Below, piece by piece: positions 49,967 to 57,862 of a stretch of 64,000 nt of DNA. The stretch is from a virus. Its lineage: Duplodnaviria; Caudoviricetes. The notes beneath the pieces were generated by a model. The model ran no database searches, was not told where the DNA came from, and saw only the letters and a program-made list of their open reading frames with translations. A program made the position numbers and the translations under genes. Position 1 is the first letter of the stretch; each line of letters opens with the position of its first letter. The stretch covers positions 160,001 through 224,000 of the IMG/VR virus record IMGVR_UViG_3300028591_000078; one strand, given 5' to 3'.

Positions 49967-49991
49967 AACTCTTAAATCTCCCATATATAAA

Positions 49992-50074
49992 ATTTTCAGT
50001 TTTATGGCTTAAGAATTATTACTAAGAACTTCTTAGTAATAATTCTTAAGGTGAATTATGATAAAACTGAAAAT
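49992..50074. promoter_or_regulatory. type-D shared leader: 21-1-21 palindrome inside 14-bp outer inverted repeat
   Basis: cttaagaattattactaagaa-c-ttcttagtaataattcttaag (50008-50050); attttcagttttat/ataaaactgaaaat. Confidence 0.75.
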
Positions 50075-50096
50075 AAAATCATAGAAGGTTTTATTT

Positions 50097-50531
50097 ATGG
50101 CAGTATATGCAAATGAAAATGGCAATATTAAGGAATTAACTAGTAAGGTAGACCTTGGTAATGGCTTTGTTATAAACGGTATAGAATACTTAGGAGAATA
50201 TCTTCCTTCTCAAAGAGATGGAACTTTTACTTTACCAAAACCATATACAAGCTATAAGTATTTAGTTGTGTATGATTTCTATGGTAAGAAAAATAATGGA
50301 GAAGCTAGCTGGACTAATGTAAAACAGCATTCATGCCTAGAATTTATAGATACATCACTGATTAATCCAAGTGATAGATACACATATGATGGATATATGG
50401 TTGGAGGGGATGATCCAACTACAAGTAACAAATTATGCTGTATTATTGAATTTGGTAATACTACGACATTAAGTATAGACTGTGGAAATTATTATAGTTA
50501 TAATAGTATAAAATTTTTCGGTATATACTAA
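50097..50531 (+). CDS. variable tip cassette protein 10
   Basis: MAVYANENG; GFVINGIEY subfamily. Confidence 0.7.
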   Translation: MAVYANENGNIKELTSKVDLGNGFVINGIEYLGEYLPSQRDGTFTLPKPYTSYKYLVVYDFYGKKNNGEASWTNVKQHSCLEFIDTSLINPSDRYTYDGYMVGGDDPTTSNKLCCIIEFGNTTTLSIDCGNYYSYNSIKFFGIY

Positions 50532-50568
50532 AAAATAAACGGGTGGAAGTTCCACCCGTTTTATTTTA
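50532..50568. terminator. bidirectional terminator
   Basis: aaacgggtggaa-g-ttccacccgttt. Confidence 0.75.
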
Positions 50569-50572
50569 TGTC

Positions 50573-52669
50573 TTAGTCAATTACTAAAGCCTTGAAGTTC
50601 TCTTTATCCTCATCAGTCTTAAGCTCACCTATTCTTATAAGCTCCTTATATTCATAAGGAGTTATATAATAGATATACTTATAATACATCTTAATATCCT
50701 TGATAGGCCTAATTCTGTTGAATGGTAAGATCTTTCCAGCTGATAAGCGTAAGCGATGTAATATAAACAGATTTTTAATAGCACTACTTGGAAGATCAGT
50801 GCTATTGTTTATATCACCTAAGATACATTGTACTGTATCATTGCGAAGCGATATTATCTGATCTATATACGGAAATGCATCATTTACACTTGCCGTGTAA
50901 ACATAGTCAGAAAATAAATCATAAAACGTCGCTCTATTGGGAGCAAATCTACCAAAATAGTTCATTGGTTCTACCGCATTCATATATGTCGAAAGATCTA
51001 TCTTCTTGTTTATAAAGAGTCTAGGATTCTTTATAATTATCTCACGGCCATTATCTTCAGAGAAGTGATCGCATAAGATATTTACAAAGCTTACAGGAAT
51101 ATTAGGGTTATTAGCCCATTTTAATCCTCTAAAGTGAAGGACATCATTCCAGTATCCTAAACAAGACAATATGATATTGTACCCAGCATGGCTATAGTAT
51201 GCTCTATAGAAACTTATAGCATCATCTGTCATATAAGTCTCATTTGTATTAGCGAACGCATTTCGATAATCAACAGTTTCAGGATGCTTCTCCCACTGAT
51301 ATTGAGTGATTACGAATGAGGATGCTGCACCCCAATCTATATACTTATCGAATGTAGCTGCAAACAGCTCAGTTATAGCTACAGATCTTGATACAGTCTG
51401 AACAGCCTTGTGCTTATAAGGTTCTTCAAGCAATTCCAATATTGGAATTATAAGATTTATATCGATCTGTGCTAATTTATAAATCAAGCTATTTATATAG
51501 GAAGGATACAACTTGACTGCATCTTTGAGCATCTCTGCTACATTAGCATACTTATAAGATTCATCAAGTATCCGATTAATTATGAATTCATTTGCATTTA
51601 TTACTATATCAGATACCATGTTGTCTAAGTTCTTATCTTTCCACTTAGACTCTTCTTTAGATTCCTGATACAGATTGAATTCTTTATAGCAATACTTCAG
51701 CAGATCATCTAATACTGTAGTAGTAATATGAGGATCTCCAAGGAAGATACACATATCAGTGTGACACATACCAAGCCCAGTATCGAAACAAGAAATGAAT
51801 CCGATCTCACTGTCGATTACTCTTTTAAAGATAGCTTTATACTCATTAGTAGTAAACTTTCTCATTCCTTTTACCACCATAGTTGCAGCTATATGAGTAG
51901 GAATTTCAGATATGTCCTTATCTACCATAGTTCTGGCCATATCAATATCGCTCTCAGTGATACCACTTCTACGAATATACCAGTCTACACCTGTGCCGAG
52001 CTTGTATTTGCTTATATTTATATTCCTATCATCAGAGTTAGACTTGCCATCCATTATACCTTTGACAATCTTAGAAGTAAGCTTATTAGAATACTTGTCA
52101 AAGAAGCTACGCTCTATAAAGAATGGCGTATAAGTTGCTAATGCATTCCAGAAGATTCCTTTTTTCTGACTTTCCATATCCTCAAGTATCATATTGACAC
52201 TAGTCTCATGATCATAGATCTTGACTATATCAATATTCTGAGCACTGAGAAGCCGGAAATGATGTGCTATATTAGTATATTCTGGTGCATATATAGCTTC
52301 TTGTTTTATCAAGCCGTAAGCTTTTACTTTAACAAGCCGATAAGTATTTGAAGCTAGTAACAGAGGAAAAGCTTTATCCCTATAAGCTATAGCCGCTTCT
52401 TTAGGGGTAGTACCTATATTGATAGAATACTCACCATAGTTAATATTATTGTAGCTGAAATGCCTATTGCTATTAGTATTAAAGTACTCATTTGCAATCA
52501 TGGTGATTCCAACTTCATCAATATGGGAGTTGTCAATGTCACCGAATTTGTCTAACAAGACATATGCATCAAGTGCATCTTCTTTCTGAAGATAGAACGG
52601 AAAGTCAATGTGATAGTCTCTTACCAGCGGGCTTTCAATATTAAGATTCTGAATCTCTATAGGTTTCAT
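50573..52669 (-). CDS. hypothetical protein (698 aa)
   Basis: Long ORF with GGAGG RBS. Confidence 0.7.
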   Translation of the reverse strand: MKPIEIQNLNIESPLVRDYHIDFPFYLQKEDALDAYVLLDKFGDIDNSHIDEVGITMIANEYFNTNSNRHFSYNNINYGEYSINIGTTPKEAAIAYRDKAFPLLLASNTYRLVKVKAYGLIKQEAIYAPEYTNIAHHFRLLSAQNIDIVKIYDHETSVNMILEDMESQKKGIFWNALATYTPFFIERSFFDKYSNKLTSKIVKGIMDGKSNSDDRNINISKYKLGTGVDWYIRRSGITESDIDMARTMVDKDISEIPTHIAATMVVKGMRKFTTNEYKAIFKRVIDSEIGFISCFDTGLGMCHTDMCIFLGDPHITTTVLDDLLKYCYKEFNLYQESKEESKWKDKNLDNMVSDIVINANEFIINRILDESYKYANVAEMLKDAVKLYPSYINSLIYKLAQIDINLIIPILELLEEPYKHKAVQTVSRSVAITELFAATFDKYIDWGAASSFVITQYQWEKHPETVDYRNAFANTNETYMTDDAISFYRAYYSHAGYNIILSCLGYWNDVLHFRGLKWANNPNIPVSFVNILCDHFSEDNGREIIIKNPRLFINKKIDLSTYMNAVEPMNYFGRFAPNRATFYDLFSDYVYTASVNDAFPYIDQIISLRNDTVQCILGDINNSTDLPSSAIKNLFILHRLRLSAGKILPFNRIRPIKDIKMYYKYIYYITPYEYKELIRIGELKTDEDKENFKALVID

Positions 52670-52926
52670 GCTTTTATTCCTCCTCTTCTTTCAATCACAT
52701 CAGTTGAGATAGCTAATGCATCAGAAAGCATCTGAATAGCAGTAGCTTTTTCCTCTGCCGAAATATTAGGATTTGCAAGCATTGCTGATGCTTGCTGCGT
52801 CATCATACTAGCTTGTACTAAGTTAGGATCTACAGGCGATGAGTACTGGTGTATTCCAGTACACTTTGGGTCTCCGCAACTACAGATATTGCCTCTTGTT
52901 GCGCATGTCATCATTTCAGGAATCAT
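52666..52926 (-). CDS. small hypothetical protein with Cys cluster
   Basis: Start re-assigned to MIPEMM after GAGGAGG; CSCGDPKC; early motif upstream. Confidence 0.6.
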   Translation of the reverse strand: MIPEMMTCATRGNICSCGDPKCTGIHQYSSPVDPNLVQASMMTQQASAMLANPNISAEEKATAIQMLSDALAISTDVIERRGGIKA

Positions 52927-53004
52927 ATATGAATTCCTCCTTTCTATTACACTATAATAGTATATATCTGAATTTATTTTAAATATCATAATAAACACTT
53001 GAAT

Positions 53005-53390
53005 AATGAGTCTAAAAGATTTATTTGGAAGTGATTCCAAATCCATAAAACGGTTGTTGTCTTATAAAACAATAAGCAGTAAGAACGATTAAGGAAAAGG
53101 TTGACTGCTGTAATCTGTATAAAAGTTTCTACGATATGGATAGTTTAAATTCTGCAACATTTTGAAGACCAAAGAGAGATTTTATCTTACATATCTAAAT
53201 TCACGTTGTACAGGCAACTTCTTAATCAAGACCAAAACAACTATCACTTGGGTTGTGGTCCATAAAAACAAAGCGACAATATTCAATAACCGATAACTCA
53301 ATCAAATCAATATATTGTATTTCGGTAATCTTTTAAACTCATTACGTTATCTAAGAGTCTCCAGTAGCATCATAGCTACTGGAGATTTCT
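53005..53390 (+). ncRNA. candidate large structured ncRNA (~340 nt plus terminator)
   Basis: Late promoter at 52994-53005, terminal stem 53004-53021/53327-53344, several nested G-U-containing stems, terminator at 53358-53385, no substantial ORF. Confidence 0.6.
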
Positions 53391-53504
53391 TCTATGATAC
53401 CAAGGTTATATTTGACAAATGGTTAAACTTTATAATGAGTATATATTATTGAGATGAAGAGAAGCAGTGCTTCTCTATCTTAAATATTCAAAGGAGGATT
53501 TACT

Positions 53505-53900
53505 ATGAGTAAATCACCATATAAGATGTCAGTGCTCTTATTAGAGCACGTACTTGAGGCTGTTAAGTCTGATTTACTGATTGTGTGTGGATCATACAAA
53601 GCAGTTGTAGACGTTTTCATTCCTGAAAACGACAGAGAAGAAATATTTCTGATAGTAGATGACATCGATAGTGAAGATGTAATGACTACTGGAGAAATGG
53701 TCAATAAACTTAAGACCATTAAATCTGACTACAGTGTATCACTCGCAAAAGAGAACCCTGATGATAAGGGCGAACTCTATAAACTCTGTGACCTTGCTCA
53801 GACCATTATGCTTCTTGAGGGAACAGATAAAGATGATAAACCTGTAATACGTGTAGGCCTTATGGCAATGCCGAATCATAATGGAGGATTAAAGATATGA
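53505..53900 (+). CDS. hypothetical protein
   Basis: AGGAGG RBS; early motif at 53440. Confidence 0.7.
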   Translation: MSKSPYKMSVLLLEHVLEAVKSDLLIVCGSYKAVVDVFIPENDREEIFLIVDDIDSEDVMTTGEMVNKLKTIKSDYSVSLAKENPDDKGELYKLCDLAQTIMLLEGTDKDDKPVIRVGLMAMPNHNGGLKI

Positions 53901-54298
53901 ATAGAATGATAAGAATGACAAACCAGAACCTGATTGATGAACTTGAAAAGGTTTCAGATAAAACTAAGAAGGTTCTTGTAAGAGACTATGATGACGATAA
54001 AGCTGCTATTAGAGGTGTAAGACCTGAAACTGATGAACATGAAGATATTAATATGGTACTTCAGATCACAAAGTTTATTCCATATATAAACTTTGAGAAA
54101 GACTTTGATAGGGATGCATATACCTTATCTTGCGAACAGCTTATTCAGCATCTTAAGCAGTTTGATAGAGAGCTTTTCACCATAATTGGTATAGATGTTG
54201 GTGGATACTATATTCAGTCTGTTACAGAAGATGATAAGCATGTAATTATCTCTTCTAAGATAGAAGAAAATAATGAAGAAGGAGAATCTAATGGTTGA
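53897..54298 (+). CDS. hypothetical protein
   Basis: Coupled ORF; similar two-repeat pattern to previous gene. Confidence 0.7.
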   Translation: MNRMIRMTNQNLIDELEKVSDKTKKVLVRDYDDDKAAIRGVRPETDEHEDINMVLQITKFIPYINFEKDFDRDAYTLSCEQLIQHLKQFDRELFTIIGIDVGGYYIQSVTEDDKHVIISSKIEENNEEGESNG

Positions 54299-54911
54299 TG
54301 AAGGTAAAAGAAGTCTACAAGCTGCTGTAGTTCAGCAGCCTGTAGCAACAAAGGCAGAATCTATTAATCCCTTTGTACACATGACCGAAGAAGAGGTCGA
54401 GGAAAGAAACAAGGTCATGATTCCTGCACAGGATCAGCTGATCGAAGAAGTAAAGTCTAGACCTGCAATGGTGACAGATGCAGGTACAGAAACGGAGAAA
54501 AAGAAAGATGCAGAGGAAAAATACTACATCATTCTCTTCGTGTTCGCAGACAATGAAGGCGATGCAAACTGGTGGCAGAAAGTTCTTGGTAGAAAAGCTG
54601 CCTATGAACGCATCAAAGACAATATAGATGGATGTGATATATATTCATCATTTGTCTTAGTAGAAGGTATAGCTATAGAAAAAGCTGTAACTGTCTATGA
54701 GTTTATGAAGTATTGTCAGGATAATGATTTCTTTGAAAAAGACTCTAGCTTCGATATCGAAGACTATAATGTCGGTTACGAAGAAAGTTCTAACAAGACT
54801 GAAGATGGTATTCTGCCGACTCTTATTGAGCAGACAGAAGACTCCACTAATGAAAGACCAAAAGTAGTCAATCCATTTACCCATATAGGTATGGAAGAAA
54901 AAGATGTTTAA
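54291..54911 (+). CDS. hypothetical protein
   Basis: AAGGAG RBS before MVDEG; two NPFxH motifs. Confidence 0.7.
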   Translation: MVDEGKRSLQAAVVQQPVATKAESINPFVHMTEEEVEERNKVMIPAQDQLIEEVKSRPAMVTDAGTETEKKKDAEEKYYIILFVFADNEGDANWWQKVLGRKAAYERIKDNIDGCDIYSSFVLVEGIAIEKAVTVYEFMKYCQDNDFFEKDSSFDIEDYNVGYEESSNKTEDGILPTLIEQTEDSTNERPKVVNPFTHIGMEEKDV

Positions 54912-54927
54912 GAAAGGATGATACACC

Positions 54928-55377
54928 ATGGGACAGAAAAATGGTGGCAAGAAGAGAAAGAATTGGTTTGAACAGCAGATCGAAAGATATGGTTCAGACT
55001 TCATTCATTCTATCAGAGCTGATGAAGCTCAGAAAGGCGCTGTTAAGGTATTCGGAGATCTCGCCAGAGGTAATATAAATATATCTACTGAAGGTGGATA
55101 CTTCCTTGATCCTCAGTTCCTTGATAATTGTATTATAGCAGCTAATTCTAAACAGGTGTTTTATAAGTATCTCTACGAAGGTCTTAATGCCTCTGTAAGA
55201 GAGAATCCTAACACTGCTAACGATCAGAGCTTCCAGGCTGTATATAGAAATATATCTAACAGTCTGAGCGCATTCTCTTATATCTATCAGGCATTACACG
55301 GGATTAAAGATACTGGAAATCTTCAGTACCTCTATACTCTTGTAAGTCAGCTTGCTCCCTATAAGTACGTAATCTGA
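54928..55377 (+). CDS. hypothetical protein
   Basis: ORF with RBS. Confidence 0.7.
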   Translation: MGQKNGGKKRKNWFEQQIERYGSDFIHSIRADEAQKGAVKVFGDLARGNINISTEGGYFLDPQFLDNCIIAANSKQVFYKYLYEGLNASVRENPNTANDQSFQAVYRNISNSLSAFSYIYQALHGIKDTGNLQYLYTLVSQLAPYKYVI

Positions 55378-55381
55378 GCAA

Positions 55382-55768
55382 ATGCAAAAAATGAAGCTAA
55401 AAGTGACTTCACATCTTAATAAGAGGCGGAAGCGCTTAGGCTTTAATAAGCAAGGATTTAAATCTTTCCTGGAGAAGGCCTGGTATAAAGGCCTTCGACT
55501 GAAAGATTTGAAAAGTAAACCCGACCTCTATAAGTATATGAAGAGATTAATCAGACCTGGGTATTATCCAATACTTTATGACAAGTTTTGTATTGTAGTA
55601 TCGGAGCATACACACTACGGTATAACTGTTTTAAAGCTTAATCCCAAGTACTGTATTATGCTACAACAAATCTTAGGAGGAAAGCCTGATGGAAAAAGAC
55701 ATAGTAATCGCTCTCAGGAAGAAGCTGAAGATGGGGAAGAATCGCCCCCTTATTATACGAAGCGATGA
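55382..55768 (+). CDS. basic hypothetical protein
   Basis: Lys/Arg-rich ORF filling operon gap. Confidence 0.55.
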   Translation: MQKMKLKVTSHLNKRRKRLGFNKQGFKSFLEKAWYKGLRLKDLKSKPDLYKYMKRLIRPGYYPILYDKFCIVVSEHTHYGITVLKLNPKYCIMLQQILGGKPDGKRHSNRSQEEAEDGEESPPYYTKR

Positions 55769-56609
55769 AAACTACATGATAGATGAGAGAACTAATCTTG
55801 TCATGTGGGATGATGCTAATTCTATATTATACTCTGCTGGTGCAAATCAGAACAGAGAAACTAATGTATCAGAACCTGCTACAATGATTGCCATCTCTTA
55901 TGATAATATCGTAAAGATGGAAAGCACTTATGGTTCTGAGGACTTTAAAACACTGCTTGATAGTTTTGTATCTGATGGTAAGACCAATGCAGAGTCAGTA
56001 GAAAGAATGATGGACATGCTCTTCAACCTTACAGATATGAATACTTATGTAGCAGCTAAGGATAGAAATCCTGACATCCTTAAGAAGGTGGACGTGGCTA
56101 CTGGTCATTACTCTAATGAGAAGGCTACACCATATATACCGCCTGAGGAAAATACTTTGGAGGTGAATCCGGTGATAACAGATATGTCATCTCTTACCAA
56201 TCTTGATGAACTGTATAGCGAAAAGCTTGCTGCTCATCAGGCACAGGTTAAGAACACACTGAAAGATCCTGTACATCCTGTAGAGCCTGAAAAGACTTAT
56301 GAGGATAGAAGAACTCCTAAAACAGAACCTACTACAACAGAAGATACTGGTGCAGGTGCTGGAACTGTAAGTGGTGGAGGTACAGACCTTGATGATACTA
56401 CATCCGATACTGGTGCTGGAACAGGTACAGTAGATGGTGGTGGTACAGATCTTGATGACCTTGATGATACTACATCTGATGCTGGTGCAGGTACTGGAAC
56501 TGTAAGTGGTGATGGAGCAGATCTTGATGATCTGGATGATACCACTGAAGGTAGTACTACAATATCAGGTACTGGTGATGGAGTTATCGACTCTGATGAA
56601 GATAACTAA
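55689..56609 (+). CDS. hypothetical protein with acidic Gly/Thr/Asp C-terminal repeats
   Basis: AGGAGG RBS; DTGAGxGTVxGGGTDLDD repeats. Confidence 0.7.
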   Translation: MEKDIVIALRKKLKMGKNRPLIIRSDENYMIDERTNLVMWDDANSILYSAGANQNRETNVSEPATMIAISYDNIVKMESTYGSEDFKTLLDSFVSDGKTNAESVERMMDMLFNLTDMNTYVAAKDRNPDILKKVDVATGHYSNEKATPYIPPEENTLEVNPVITDMSSLTNLDELYSEKLAAHQAQVKNTLKDPVHPVEPEKTYEDRRTPKTEPTTTEDTGAGAGTVSGGGTDLDDTTSDTGAGTGTVDGGGTDLDDLDDTTSDAGAGTGTVSGDGADLDDLDDTTEGSTTISGTGDGVIDSDEDN

Positions 56610-56778
56610 TTCACTTACCTAAACACATTAAAACTCATGCGATTATGCATGAGTTTTAATACCCCGATTTGCAATTAAAAATAATTGCAAAATATTATAA
56701 GTTAAACATACTTATAATCATATACTATAAGTATGGTTAAAAGACCAATAATATTAATCCAATAGGAGGAAACGAACC

Positions 56779-57720
56779 ATGTATAACAACAACTTTTATC
56801 AGCAGCCCTTTGGTGGCAACCAGTATTACAGTATGCAGCCTACTCAGCAGCAGCCTGTAACTCTGAGCAATCCGCTTACTAAGGAGCAGCTGGAACTTCT
56901 CAAGAAGAGAACTGATAAGCTTTCGCTTGTAGTAACTCCTCTTGAGGTAGCAAAAGCAATTTGCACCCACAAGCAGGGTAACTCGATCTGCCTCTACAAC
57001 GAAGATCCTGCTAACCCTGAAAGGGTAACTTGCTCGATCTGCGGTGAAACCTTTGATCTTACCAATGGTGATCAGGCAGCCGTAGAAGGTGCAGTAGAAC
57101 TCATCACAAACATAATCCAGACCATCAAGACATATTGGCTCGATGTTCCGGACGATGTAGCAAGAGAACTCTTCACCATACTTCCCCTTATACAGAGACT
57201 TCCGAAAGTCTATGCACTGGCTACAAAGAACTTCAACTCTGTACAGGATATGCACAGAATGTCTGAAGTTAATCAGCCCTATGGATTTGGTATGCTCGGC
57301 AATATCATGAATCCTATGGTAGGTATGGGATATGGTGCTTATGGATATCCTCAGCAGGGTATGGTACAGCAGAATCCTTATTATGGACAGCCTGCTTTCC
57401 CGAACCCGATAGGTTATCCTCAGCAGGGGTTTGTTCCTCAGCCTAATGGCTATGCGATGAATCCTGTTATGATGCCTCAGCAGCCTGTTCAGGCTCCTAT
57501 GTATGATCCTGCAGCTGCAGGTGTAAATCCGTTTGGATATAATGTGCCTACAGCTCCTCAGCAGACTCCGTACAATGTACAGCCTCAGCAGCCTGTAGCA
57601 CCTGTAGCTCAGCCGGCTCCGGCTCCTCAGGCAGCTCCTACAGCTCATCCGCCTCTGAATGCTCAGGGTGTTCCTGCACCTGCAGCTGATGCGGTAAATG
57701 AGAAGATGTTCAACGTATAA
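56779..57720 (+). CDS. Zn-finger protein with Pro/Gln-rich C-terminus
   Basis: CTH..CSIC; low-complexity P/Q tail; early motif at 56719. Confidence 0.7.
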   Translation: MYNNNFYQQPFGGNQYYSMQPTQQQPVTLSNPLTKEQLELLKKRTDKLSLVVTPLEVAKAICTHKQGNSICLYNEDPANPERVTCSICGETFDLTNGDQAAVEGAVELITNIIQTIKTYWLDVPDDVARELFTILPLIQRLPKVYALATKNFNSVQDMHRMSEVNQPYGFGMLGNIMNPMVGMGYGAYGYPQQGMVQQNPYYGQPAFPNPIGYPQQGFVPQPNGYAMNPVMMPQQPVQAPMYDPAAAGVNPFGYNVPTAPQQTPYNVQPQQPVAPVAQPAPAPQAAPTAHPPLNAQGVPAPAADAVNEKMFNV

Positions 57721-57862
57721 TCGCATAGATAAGAATAAAGAGATGGGTTCGCCCATCTCTTTATCTTTTATCAAATACAACTAAATTTTATCTCACCAGA
57801 TAACTGAAAATGAATAGCCACAGGAATGGCAACTTTACAGTAATCGAAAGGAGTGGATATGC

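Noticed and set aside
38600-50600. CRISPR array, DGR or integron interpretation of the repeated leaders
   Set aside because: No regularly spaced repeat-spacer units; no reverse transcriptase or adenine-specific TR/VR pair; no integrase in the window, and the palindromes lie upstream of genes and lack attC R-box organisation
53005-53390. tmRNA, RNase P or tRNA identity for the structured region
   Set aside because: No GGGG..CCA tRNA-like ends or tag peptide, no GAGGAAAGUCC core, no cloverleaf
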